A DNA stretch of 63,882 nucleotides, filler included, from Octopus bimaculoides (lineage: Eukaryota), in the NCBI RefSeq assembly GCF_001194135.2. It is 4 parts of 4 records of this genome, joined end to end, with 100 filler letters (N's around TTAATTAATTAA, not from the genome) between each part and the next. Parts side by side here need not be neighbours in the genome. Positions count along the whole stretch, not along the records: positions 1 to 28,244 come from NC_069005.1; 3 more parts are not named here. The stretch is one strand, 5' to 3'. Positions 11,546-23,170 of the stretch are shown one piece after another; position 1 is the first letter of the stretch; the number at the start of each line of letters is the position of its first letter. The notes under the pieces are model-generated. The model searched no databases. It had not been told where the DNA came from and saw nothing but the letters and a program-made list of their open reading frames with translations. The position numbers and the translations under genes were made by a program.

Positions 11546-11936
11546 GGTGTGTGAATTTCCAATGTTTAATGAAGAGAACTTGTTTCCCCCCAACTGAATT
11601 ACCTGCTCCTGAATTAACATGTAATTAATTGAAGCTGAGTATTCCACAGACACATGTACCCTTTATGTAATTCTCAGGTAGAATCACAATGATACAGTGT
11701 GTAAGAGACAAGGCAGTACATTTTGAATTATGGGCATGATCCTCTTGACAGGCATCTTTGTGCAGTTGCTCTCTGGCTAATTTTGCTTACAAGGTATGGG
11801 TGAACCCGATGACATTTGCCCCAAATACCATGCAGTGAGAGCTTGGTCAAATAATCAGCAGGGATTGTATCCAAGACCTTGTAGTTGGGAAGCTAATTTC
11901 TTCACCATTCCTCCATAATACACTTACCAATATCTT

Positions 11937-12520
11937 CATTATCGTCATCACTTAATGTCCATCTTCCATGCTGACATGGATTAGATGGTTTGACAAGATT
12001 CGTTGGGCCAAGGAGTATGCTGTGCTTAACCGTCATCAGCTTTGGTATGTTCTCCATAGCTGGATGCCCATCATCATCATCTAACATCCGTTGTCCAAGC
12101 TGGCATGGGTTGGATGATTTGACCAGGGCTGGCAAGCTGCAAGGCTGCACCAGGTTCCAGTCTCATTTGGCATGGTTTCTACAGCTGGATGCCCTTCCTA
12201 ATGCCAACCACTCCAGGAGTGTAATGAGTGCTTTTATGTGCCACCAGCATGGGTGCCATTTGCATGACACCAGTTCCTGCCACAACCACAATTTTACTTA
12301 GCCTGATGGGTCTTCTTAAGCACAGCATAATGCCAAAAGTCTCGGTCATTTGACATTGCCTCCTTGAAGCCCAACACATGAAAGATCCCTTCCTAATGCA
12401 ACTACTTTACAGAGGGTATTTATTTGTTTGTTTTTTTCATGTGTGACACTAAGCACCACTGAAGTCACCAAATAACTCACAAGAAAAAAGCCTCTTTGAC
12501 TCAGTGAGGTGGATGTTGTN
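11937..12520 (-). mobile_element. Stacked older RTE 3' ends (two tails and an ORF2 end)
   Basis: Two (CAT)n-anchored tails at ~11937 and ~12068; ORF end ..DRDFWHYAVLKKTHQAK* near 12290-12350. Confidence 0.75.
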
Positions 12521-12709
12521 NNNNNNNNNNNNNNNNNNNNNNNNNNNNNNNNNNNNNNNNNNNNNNNNNNNNNNNNNNNNNNNNNNNNNNNNNNNNNNNN
12601 NNNNNNNNNNNNNNNNNNNNNNNNNNNNNNNNNNNNNNNNNNNNNNNNNNNNNNNNNNNNNNNNNNNNNNNNNNNNNNNNNNNNNNNNNNNNNNNAGAGT
12701 ACACTGATA

Positions 12710-12942
12710 GGCGGCGAGCTGGCAGAAACGTTAGCACACCGGGTGAAATGCTGAGCGGTATTCCGTCTTTCTTTATGTTCTGAGTTCAAATTCCACCGAG
12801 GTCGACTTTGCCTTTCATCCTTTCGGGGGTTGATAAATTAAATACCAGTTACGCACTGGGGTCGATGTAATCGACTTAATACCTTTGTCTGTCCTTGTTT
12901 GTCCCCTCTATGTTTAGCCCCTTGTGGGCAATAAAGAAATAT
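12710..12942 (+). mobile_element. SINE family B, full length, alternative tail (..GGGCAATAAAGAAAT)
   Basis: GGCGGCGAGCTGGCAGAAACGTTAGCAC head, GAGTTCAAATTCC B-box, central domain; near consensus. Confidence 0.92.
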
Positions 12943-13494
12943 GAAAGTACAAGAGATTATGAAAGTAAGACAGAATGCGAAAAGAGGATCGGGAATGGTG
13001 GGTGGGAAAGTTCATAAGAGTGTGTGAGGAGAGTGACAGGTGGTTGAAGACAGGGGTAGAAGTAGTGAATGGTGAACAGGAGAGGTGCATGTCAAAAGTA
13101 AATATCAGCAAGGGGGGAGGGGGGTGAAAGAAATAGGAGAGGTTCAGGAAGGAGGTGATAACTGGTAGTACACAAAGAGGGTGGAGGGAAAGATAACTGG
13201 GAATACAGAAGCGAGTGATCAAATGGATAATAAACTGGGAATTGATAATATCGAGCATGAGGGATTGGATGTTAATAGGAAATGGATCCAGGGAGATTGG
13301 GATGTAACTGGAAGTACAAAATGGGGAAAAATATGTGCAGATTCCGCTCTCATAATTACAGCAGCTGAGTAGTGCTGTAGTGAGAAGAGTTATGGAGGGA
13401 TGAGTATATGGGAGATGAGAGTTGGGGAAGGCTTGAAGGGGATTGGCTGGGTACAAGACCAGGACCCAGTGTGTGTATGTGTATAAATGTTTTT

Positions 13495-13705
13495 AGGATC
13501 TCACTTTGATCATGTCAAACGGGTCTTCTCAAGCACAGTTAATTACCAATCACCTTGGTCCTTTCTCGTCCCCTCTGTCTGGCTTAAAAACTGTGGTTGC
13601 TCCTCACTATTTCTTCCTACAGTTTCCTGGGTCTCCTTCTTCCACACGTTCTATCAACATTTAGCATTTGGCACTTTTTTATGCAATTGTCTGCATCCAT
13701 GGGTA
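13495..13705 (-). pseudogene. RTE ORF2 C-terminal remnant
   Basis: MDADNCIKKCQMLNVDRTCGRRRPRKL*EEIVR...VLEKTRLT* parallels the RTE end at ~20600-20795. Confidence 0.7.
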
Positions 13706-14223
13706 GTGTTACGATCAGACAAATTATAATGTAAGAAAAAGGTGTAAACTTCTGATCGCAACAGCAAAGTGTTCAAACAGGGAAGTAAATGTTCATTTAT
13801 GGAGATTATGTCCAGTCCCAATGATTTCAAGGTAGGTGGTGAATGGTCCCACCCATATGCAGCTCCATCTCTCGTTTTGGTACAATCCACGCCAAGCCCC
13901 AGCTGTCTTCCCCACTCCCCTTTTTAACAGGAAGTACGAGATTACTTGCCTTGCTCGTTAACAGGAAGTGAACGAGGTTACCTGTCTCGTACCATGCTAA
14001 CTTCCTGTATATATATTTGGTTATCCATACCAACGTTATTTCACTTCTGCCAAACGGTCATTGACAAACGTTTATCTCGCCACCTTCGGAAAATATTGTA
14101 AGTTCTCTCCCTTCATTATATTATAGGTATACATAACAGTAGCACATGAGCATACAAGTGCAGTCTCCCCTCTTGCACACTATATCTAATGCCTCCTGTA
14201 CCTAATTTCCTCTCAACATATTT

Positions 14224-14265
14224 GCACTTTTGACACACATGCGCAGTGATGTTGCACCTCCAGCA
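14224..14265 (-). pseudogene. Gag-type CCHC zinc-knuckle remnant
   Basis: CWRCNITAHVCQKC fits C-x2-C-x4-H-x4-C, preceded by a basic stretch; single motif only. Confidence 0.35.
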
Positions 14266-14342
14266 GAGCATCCTACTTTCGTTTCTTTCTCGTTTGTACC
14301 TGTTGCTGACTTTCAACTTACTGTCATCAATTTTGTACATGG

Positions 14343-14555
14343 TTTTATTCTTTCATCCTTTTATTTGTTTCAGTCGTTTGACTACGACCATGCTGGAGCA
14401 CTGCCTTGAAGAGTTTCAGTCAAACAAATTGACCCCAGGACTTATTCATTGTAAGCCTAGTACTATAGTGGAAGACACCTGCTCAAGGTGCCACATAGTG
14501 GTACTGAACCCAGAACCATGTGGTTGGGAAGCAAACTTCTTACCACACAGCCAAG
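14343..14555 (-). mobile_element. SINE family A with an internal deletion
   Basis: Head is joined directly to tail (..GTCTTCCACTATAG|TACTAGGCTTAC..), lacking the middle and the microsatellite. Confidence 0.85.
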
Positions 14556-14933
14556 CTATTTGTCTATTCTTAGCTTCCTCAAGTATATTTTAGCATAAAT
14601 TTTGGCAAATGAAGACCTTGTGAATTATATTTCAAATGTAGAAACTGTGTAGAAGCTAGCTGCCTGTTATTGTCATCATTGTGTCAATGGCTACTTTTCC
14701 AAGCTTGGATAGGACAGACAAAATTTGCCTAGACAAATTTTCTATAGCTGGGTGCCCTTTCTGTTGCCAACCTTCACCAGTTTTGAGTATGTCAGTATTT
14801 TATCATAATCCTTCAAGCATGAACAGATCAATAACCAGATGTGTTTTCATTGAACACTGCAAACAAATGACACTGTTTTGTATGAACAGTGACTGTTTAG
14901 TTCACAGTGCATCAAGACAAGCAGATACAAATG

Positions 14934-14966
<33 letters not shown>

Positions 14967-14968
<2 letters not shown>

Positions 14969-15390
14969 AAATGTGCTGTGCGTGAGAAGACCCGGCAAGC
15001 CAAGTGAGATCGTTGCCAGGGCCCCTGGACTGGCTCTTGTGCGGGTGGCACATAAGGTGTACCATCCTGAACGTGACCGTTGCTAGTACCGCCTAACTGG
15101 CCTTGTAGGGTTTTCGAGCGAGATCGTTGCCAGTGCCCCTGGACTGGCTCTTGTGCGGGTGGCACATAAAAGACACCATTTCGAGCGTGGCCGTTTTCGT
15201 GCGGGTGACACGTAAAAGCACCCACTACACTCTCTGAATGGTTGGCGTTAGGAAGGGCATCCAGCTGTAGAAACTCTGCCAAATTAGATTGGAGCCTGGC
15301 GTAGCCATCCGGTTGCACCAGTCCTCAGTCAAATCGTCCAACCCATGCTAGCATGGAAAGCGGACATTAAACGATGATGATGATGATGAT

Positions 15391-15392
<2 letters not shown>
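14967..15392 (+). mobile_element. RTE LINE 3' end (ORF2 terminus plus 3'UTR) inserted in (TA)n
   Basis: WKCAVREKTRQAK* followed by a UTR with an internal ~50-bp duplication (15007/15119), motif GGTTGGCGTTAGGAAGGGCATCCAGC and (GAT)n; (TA)n on both sides. Confidence 0.88.
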
Positions 15393-15435
<43 letters not shown>

Positions 15436-15439
15436 GCAT

Positions 15440-15665
15440 CTATCATCATCATTTTAATGTCCACTTTTCCATACTTACACAGGTCAGACATAATTTTTGA
15501 TGCAGATTTACAATGACCTGTAACTCTTCTTGTTGCCAATCCTCACCTGTATCCAAGCAAGGAAGTATTTTGCCATGGATGGACATATTTTCACAGAAGA
15601 ATGGAAATGAAGGACATTGCTTGTAGGACAGTGATACCTATTTACAACCACTGCATATCATCATC
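15440..15665 (-). mobile_element. Older RTE-type tail family (a second copy lies at ~14670-14900)
   Basis: (CAT)n followed by GTCCACTTTTCCA..GTTGCCAA..CTCACC; shared with 14670-14900. Confidence 0.55.
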
Positions 15666-15719
15666 ATATATGTGTTTGTCCTTGCCTTGACATCATATAA
15701 CATACACATGACACGATGG

Positions 15720-16145
15720 TCTTCTTTCAGTTTCTATCTACCAAATCCACTCATAAAAGTTTGGTCAGCCAAGAGCTATAATAAAAGATGTGTCATGCAG
15801 TGGGATTGAACCTGAAACAATATGGTTAGGATGTGAACTTTTTAAAATCACACAGCCATATTCATGCCATAATGGGCTTCTTTCAATTTGCAGTAACTAA
15901 ATCCAATCAAAAGGCTTTGGTTGGCCCAGAGCTACCTAAATCTACTGAATGAATTTAGTAAGTGGAAACTGAAAGAATTCTATGGCCATGTGGTTAAGAA
16001 AGTTTGTTTTGTGACCACATGGACCCAGCATCAGTCCCACTGCATGGCACTTTGAGCAAGTGTCTTCTACTATTGCCTCGAGCCAGCCAATAACTTTTTG
16101 AATGAAATTGGTAAATGGAAACTGCATGGAAACCTGGTGTTTCTG
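15720..16145. mobile_element. Cluster of degenerate SINE A heads in both orientations
   Basis: Minus-strand heads at ~15720-15860 and ~15878-15940; plus-strand head at ~15980-16145. Confidence 0.75.
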
Positions 16146-18432
16146 TGTGTGGTGTCTGGTGGGCCAGTAATCTTTCCTTAACACTCTCCCAAATGCAGGA
16201 CAATTCAATGTTCTTAAAACAGTAGCAGTACCATGTCTCCTTGTGAACTAAGTGAGGTCAGGCTTTCAACTAGAAAACTGGGAGGAGAAAATGTTAAGTG
16301 GTGTGTGGGTGAGAGAGAGAGAGAAAGAAAGAGCAGGTGGAAGTTAGAGGGGAGGAGATCAAAACTTCCACTTTCCGAAGTGAGAAGTGAAACACCTAAC
16401 AGAGAGCAGGATGTCCAGCTAGTGTTACTTCCAGGAGGATGTCTGATCCGCTTCAGGTACCCATCTAAAAACCAGTAGTGGTATTTGGACACTGGAAGAA
16501 ATTTAGTGAAAGTAATACTATTTCTTAACCTGGAGTTGGTTCCGAGAGACTAGGTCTTCTGATTGAAGTCAATCCAACTGTGACCTCCCCAACTTTTATT
16601 AAAATGTAGAGGTGTATAATGCATCGTATTTTTTGTATGTTTGGTGTTATTGGTGGATATGGTGAGGAGTGTGTTGGTGTACAAGTCTTTCATACAAAAC
16701 TGGACAAGGTTACAAAAACACTTTATACAACCACAACAACAACAACAACAATATTGTAGAGGACAACTTGAAATAAAAGAAACAAAAAATAAACAAACAT
16801 AAAAACAAAATCAGTAATTATATATATATATATATATATATAAGAAAATACAATTTAGACAAACAAATAAAAAAACAACAGCATTGACTATTTTCTGCTT
16901 TGAATAAATATAGAAAAAAAAAACAAAAACAAACAAAATTGTAAAAAAATCTCCACCCCTCCCTCCCACCTATGTACACACACCTTGAGGAGTGGGGGGA
17001 GTAATTAAATAAGCAGGCTAAACAAAGGCAAAAACAAATGAAAAAATATATGAATAAATAATAATAATTTTGTTGGTGGTGGTAACATAATTAAGAAATT
17101 AACAAATTGGGAAGGGATTTAAATCAAGGAAAAAAAAAAAATCTAATGAAAAAATATGTATAAAAATGTGGCTTTTCTCTCTTGGAACTTTTTTGTGTTG
17201 TGGAGAGAGAGAGAGAGAGAATTGTGTATGAAAGAGAGAGAAAGTCAGGAATTGAAACAGGGATTTGGTAAATAGTAGTGGTGTGATGATGATGATTATT
17301 GTGTATATTGTGATTGTGTATTGATCTTTATGTATATATGTATGTAAATGTGTGTGTGTGTGTGTGTGTGTGTGCATGCTTTTTGTGTAAAGTGAAAAAT
17401 TAGTAGGAACTAATGAGAGAAGAGGCTGTGGGAATGGTGAGAGTGGTTGAAATAGTAATGGTAGTTGTGGTGGTGGTGATGGTGGTGGTGGTGGTGGTGG
17501 TGGAGGTGGTTCAGGTAGTAACTGTGGTGGTGGTGGTGTTAGTGACAGAGGTGAAACTGATGAGGAGAATGAAATGAAACGGAGAAGAAAAAAAAAAGAA
17601 ACAAAGGAAAGAAAACAATAACTAAGAAAGGGAGGGAAAAAGACAGAGAGAGAAAGAGAGAAAGGTACAGAGGGAGGTAGAAGTAGAGAAAGGTAATAAG
17701 GTAGAGAGAGAGAGTTAGAGATGATGAAAAGTAAACTTGCCTAGTGAGAGGAGGTCTGGCTGAGGAGGTTCTAAGTAAATTTCTGTGCACGTTCCTCCCC
17801 TTTTACTAAACAGTCAAAACTACCTCAGCTCTAACTGCTCATAGTGCCTGTTAGAAAGTGGAAAATAGCCATTTTATTATATTGCAATCGTTAGGACATG
17901 GAAGGTAGCAAACCACAGAGGCAGGAATGGAGGGAAGTGCCTGGTGGTGATGGTGGCCGGGATTGGGAGAGGCAGGTGAAAAGGATCTTGCGAGCAAGTG
18001 GGGAGAAAGACCTCGCGGACAGCTGTGGAGCTTGGGAATCGGCTGTTAAGTTCTTTGGAGCTGGATCAGACCGGGTTGGATGGCAAGCCAAGCAGAAATC
18101 CCCATGTTGAACAGGAAGGTTGTCTTGAAAATAGCAGCAGCAGCGACGGTAGCAGCAGAAATAGCTTTGGTAGATGCGCTGGTGGTGATGACGGTATTGG
18201 TAGTGACCATTGTGATGACACAATACTAATTGTTTGCGTCTGTGTGTATGGAAGTGGAGGGGTCTACAGAAACATTAATCATTTCTCAAGTTTGATCTCA
18301 CTGTATGGCCAGCTTCTATAGTTGTGGTTCTTGACCATTTTTTGCCTATGGATCCCTTTGGTTCTTATTTTGCTCAGTTGGACTCTCATAGCCATCTCAT
18401 GCCTAAAAACTCATATTACGTCATTATATAAT

Positions 18433-18618
18433 TGTTGTGGAAGGATTTCTGACCATCCCCATGTGACTAAAATTGGACTGAGACACTTCTATTAACTGTT
18501 GAGTCGTCAGGAGTTTGGGTTGGTAAGCAGTTCACTGTGAGCTGTCATTGAGAGCGGTGAGTCTCATGTAATAGCAAAAGTAGTGTGTCGTGTAAATACT
18601 TCCGTTATATATCCAACA
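18433..18618. mobile_element. Possible solo LTR
   Basis: TGTTGTGGA...TCCAACA termini; no matching TSD seen. Confidence 0.25.
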
Positions 18619-19116
18619 CAAGGATATAAAAATAATTAAAACTCATATTATATTATTTCTAATTAAATACTGATTTCTCATTGTGGTACAAGGCCAGTAA
18701 TTTGGGTGGGTGTGTGGGTAAGTCTATTAGACTGACTCCAGTGCGCAATTAAATACTATTAGGAATTGTTTAAAGAAATTTAACTATTTTGTGTATTGGA
18801 GATATATAACCAGTTAACAACAAAATCTTATATGAACCCCGGATGAGTCACTAATCTATAGCCTTAGGTTAACCAATACCTTGTGAGCAAAATTTGGCAG
18901 GGAGACTAGGGAAGCCCTATATCTAGGTGTGTGTGTGTGTGTGTGTGTGTGTATAGTGCAGGTATAGCCTATGGTTAAGAATTTGCTTTTGAGCCATATG
19001 GTCTTGGTTTCTGTCTCACAGTATGATACTTTGGTCAAGTGGCTTCGATTACAGCCTCGGGATGACCATACCTTTTGAGTGAAATTGGTAGACAGAAAAT
19101 GCATGGAAGCCTATAC

Positions 19117-19156
<40 letters not shown>

Positions 19157-19446
19157 TGTTTTTACATAAAAGAATGGGGTCTGTTTATGCCCCAAAACTT
19201 AGCAGTGTAATAAATATAGATCACTAAAACAACTTCAGATTTTATTTAATAAAAAACACACACAAGTAGCTGTGTCAATATAACTAATACCCTTCAAGGT
19301 AGTGCTCCAGCAAGGCCACGGTCTAATGACTGACAAGAGTATCATATGTACGGGTGTGTATGTTTGTTTTGGCATGTCTTGTATTGACACCACTTGGGCA
19401 ATCTTGACCAATGTATTATCATCATTACTATTATTATTACTATAGT

Positions 19447-19735
19447 AGAGGAAGCATGACCCAGTGGTTAGGGTGTTGCACTCATGATTGCAAGATTGTA
19501 GTTTCAATTCCTAGACTGGGTGGTGCATTGTATTCTTGAGCAAACCACTTCATCTCACGTTGCTCTATGATCACTTTGCCACTTGATGCGTGGTACACAC
19601 TACACCTCTTCAGACAACGTCGATTTGATGGAGAGGATGAACTAATGTACGGCACAAACATTTGATTATTTTAAACAAATCATTTGAGCAGACTGTTTGG
19701 CAAAAGCTGAGCACTCATATGTCGTCTTTAACAGT
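19447..19735 (+). mobile_element. SINE family C (tRNA head plus CORE-like segment), body type 1
   Basis: CCAGTGGTTAGGGTGTTGCACTCATGAT..GTTTCAATTCCTAGAC..TTCTTGAGCAAA..CACTTCATCTCACGTTGCTC; same body as ~45050-45316. Confidence 0.8.
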
Positions 19736-20389
19736 TGAGTCCATCACTATAGTATTATGTTCTACACAGCTCAGCAGTTAAACATATGAAAACCACCGGA
19801 ATAAAGTACCTTTTTTGAAAACAAGAAGGGCATTCAATCACAGAATAATACTTTAAGAAGTCTTGTCCAACCCACACCAACAAAGAAAAAAGCTGATATA
19901 AAAATGCTGCTGATGATTTCCAGCACCTTCCATGTTTCAGTTAATTTTCAAACACAAGAATCTCGAGGGATTCCTAAAATCAAAAGTAGTTTCAGAAGGG
20001 TTTAATGATATGTTCTTAGTCAATGCCATTTGTGTGTTTTGCTTTAAATAGCTTTAACTATGGAGTGAAACCGGAGGCACAATTGTAATCTTCAATACAA
20101 CGAAACAAGTTTGATGGTTACACTAGAAATAACCTTAACTATGGAATGAAACCGAAGGCAAATTTCAAATTCTTTAACATCATGAACAAATGTCAAGAAA
20201 ATCTATACAATGAAACGAAAGTTAAAAGAATTGATAAAACACAGAATTTTCATGGGTTCAGCTAATATACATAAATACATTCTAATTGGTTCCTGACTAT
20301 AATTCTAATGAAGAAACAAACTATTCAAGTTTCAATTTACTGTAGGAAACCATAAAGAATTTGGAAAAGATTTTGTAATATTGTTATTA

Positions 20390-21090
20390 AAGATGATGCT
20401 GCATGGCAGTGAGACATGGACTGCGACTACTAAGGATATGAAAAGACTTGAAAGAAATTAAGTCAGTATGTTTTGCTGGATGGGTAATATCAGTGTGCAT
20501 ATACAATAAGAGTGTAACTAATTTGAGAGAAAAACTGGATATACATAGCGTCAGATGAAGTGTGTAAAAGAGAAGATTGTGCTGGTATGGCCATGTAATG
20601 CATATGAACAAAGACAGTTGCATGAAGAGGTGCCGATCTTTAAATGTAGAGGGAACATGTGGAAGGAATAGGCCCAGGAAGGTGTGGGACTAAGTGGTGA
20701 GAAAGGATCTACAAATGTTGGGACTCACAGATAGGATGACAGGGGACTGAGACTCCTAGCAGTTTGCTGTGCTTGAAAAGACAGGTCAAGCTAAGGAAAA
20801 GCTTGGTTACCCTTGCATACAGGTTCGTCTCCTGCAACCCTCTCCAGCTGAGCATCTCTAATCTTGCAAGCTTGTTGGTGCTGGTACCACAAAAAAGCAC
20901 CCATGCTGGTGTTGCGTAAAAGCACCTTATACACTCTGTAATGTGGTTGGCATTGGGAAGAGTGTCCAGCCAAAGAATCCATGCCAAAACAGACAATGGG
21001 CTTCAACAGCCCTTCAGCTGGTCAGCTCCTGTCAAACTGTCCAACCTATGCCAGCATGGAAATTGGATGTTAGATGAAGATGATGATTAT
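20390..21090 (+). mobile_element. RTE-clade LINE 3' portion (degenerate ORF2 C-terminus, 3'UTR, (GAT)n)
   Basis: MLHGSETW..KRLERN..LREKL..RRLCWYGHVMHM..EGTCGRNRPRKVW..WQFAVLEKTGQAK with stops, then the RTE 3'UTR. Confidence 0.88.
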
Positions 21091-21137
21091 TAAAGATGAT
21101 GTCTTTTGATACAATGTGCCTTGATAAAAGGTTTCAT

Positions 21138-21295
21138 AGCTGTGTAGTTAAAAAGCTTGCTTTGCAGTCACATGGTTCTAGGTTCAGTCCCAATGCATGG
21201 TACCTAGGGAAAGTGTCTTCAATTGTAGTTCTGGGTTGACTGATATACTTGTGAGTGAATTTGGTCGACAAAAACTGTGTGGAAGCCTATCATAT
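21138..21295 (+). mobile_element. SINE family A head, degenerate
   Basis: GCTGTGTAGTTAAAAAGCTTGC..GGTTCAGTCCCA..AAGTGTCTTC. Confidence 0.75.
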
Positions 21296-21339
21296 ATATA
21301 CATAAGTGTGTGCATGTATGAATAAATTAGTTTAGTGAT

Positions 21340-21650
21340 GGGGCATGACTTAATGGTTAGGGAATTCAGTTCACAATCGTTTGGTCAGAAGTATGCTTCC
21401 CAGCAGCACACTGTGTCCTCAAGAAGGATACTTTATTTCACGTTGTTACAGCCCACTCAGGTGGCAAAAATGAACAGTACCTGTATTTCATATTCTGTGT
21501 CATGCTGAATCTCCCTAAGAACTACATTAAGGGGATGTGTGTCTGTGGAGTGCTCAACCACTTGCACATTAATTTCGCAAGCAGGTTACATTGATCGGAT
21601 CAACTGGAACCCTCAGTCACTGTAACTGATGGAGTACCAGCGAGTGAGTC
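21340..21650 (+). mobile_element. SINE family C, body type 2 (old)
   Basis: tRNA-like head plus GTGTCTGTGGAGTGCTCAACCACTTGCACATTAATTTC tail shared with 48033-48416. Confidence 0.75.
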
Positions 21651-21718
21651 TGCCTCCTTGCTCAAGCAAGTACTAGGCTTGATCAGTTTGACTAAACCCA
21701 CCAGGGCGATGCCTCACT

Positions 21719-21721
<3 letters not shown>

Positions 21722-21754
<33 letters not shown>

Positions 21755-21961
21755 TCTACTAAAGGCATAAGGCCTGCAATTTTGGGGGCGGGGCAAGTCA
21801 ATTACATCAATCCCAGTGCACAACTGGTACTTATTTCATTGTCCCTGAAAGGATGACAGGCAAAGTTGACCTAGGGCGAATTCGAACTCAGAACGTGAAG
21901 ATGGATGAAATATCACAATGCATTTCACTAGTGTGCTAACAATTCTGCCATCTTGCCACCT

Positions 21962-22038
<77 letters not shown>

Positions 22039-22915
22039 CAACTGTTGGCACAAAGCCAACTATCTTGGGAGGAAGGGGTAAGTCAATACCATTCACCCTG
22101 GTACTTGACTGGTATTTTACTCGATCGACCTTGGAAGAATGAAAGGAAAAGTTAACATTGGCAAGACTTGAACTCAGAACATAAAGAGCAGGAATAAATA
22201 CTGTAAGCTTGCTGCCTTCTTGACAACAACAACAATCATCATCATCATTATTGTGATTATTAATTAAGGTAGCGAGCTGGCAGAATCGTTAGCATGCCAG
22301 GCGAAATGCTTAGCAGTATTTCGTCTGTCTTCATGCTCTGAGTTCAAATTTCAATCAGGTTGACTTTGCCTTTCATCCTTTCGGGGTCAATAAAATAAAT
22401 ACCAGTGAAGACTGGGGTCGATGTAATCAACTTATCCCCTCCCGCAAGATTGCTGCCCTTGTGGCAAAATTTGAAACCCTTATTATGATTATTAATTATT
22501 ATTAAAAACATGGTAGGTTGGCAGAATTGTTGGCATGCTTGACAAAATGCTTAGCAACACTCCAACTACCATTATGTTCTGACTTCAAATTCCACTGGGG
22601 CTGACCTTGCTTTCCATATTTCGGGATTGATGAAGTAAGTACCAGCCCCTTTCCCCAAAATTTCAGATTTTGTGTCTAAGGTAAAAAGGGTTATTATTAA
22701 AGTAGGAAGCATTTCTTTGGGCTCTTTACACTCCGGGTTCAAATTCTGCTAAAGTCGATTTTACCATTGAGGGCAGCAGATTGGTAGGGTTATTAGAAAA
22801 AGTAAAATGCCTTGTGATATTTGTTCCAACTCTTTACATTCTGAGTTCAAATCCCACCAAAGTTGAAATACTCAAAAGTTGCTAGGCTTCTACTAAAATC
22901 AGAATTATTATTTGT
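21722..22915. mobile_element. Chain of about six SINE B copies joined by (AAT/ATT)n
   Basis: Minus copies at ~21722-21965 and ~22035-22218; plus copies at ~22267-22505 and ~22511-22700, and fragments to ~22915. Confidence 0.85.
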
Positions 22916-22949
22916 AATGTAGGCACAGGGTCAAGGATGGTTTATCCTT

Positions 22950-23170
22950 TTAACACCCATATCTTTCTATCAAACATAATACTTATTTATTCACACTGTT
23001 TTGAATTAATCATACATTATTTCATAGCTTCTAGATTTCGATGATGTGATTGATTGATTTTTAGAATAACATTTTAGGGTAGGTGTGAGAGGCATGATCT
23101 GATTGGTTTGGACCAAAGACAGGCAGAATATTTTGACTGGATATGGCTGGTTTAAATGCAAATGGCTTAT
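22950..23170. mobile_element. Degenerate copy of the TTAA MITE
   Basis: Interior matches 24119-24576 (TTATTTATTCAC..GAATTAATC..GGGTAGGTGTGAGAG..GGATATGGCTGGTTTAAATGC). Confidence 0.7.

Noticed and set aside
12914-13456. 180-aa minus-strand ORF
   Set aside because: Product of purine/pyrimidine strand asymmetry (low complexity); no motif.
17824-17847. 24-nt minus-strand micro-exon candidate (HYEQLEL)
   Set aside because: Good acceptor but modest donor, very short, and no supporting neighbouring exons; such sites arise by chance.
18318-18365. hAT-like terminal word TGTGGTTCTTGACC
   Set aside because: No partner TIR or 8-bp TSD found.
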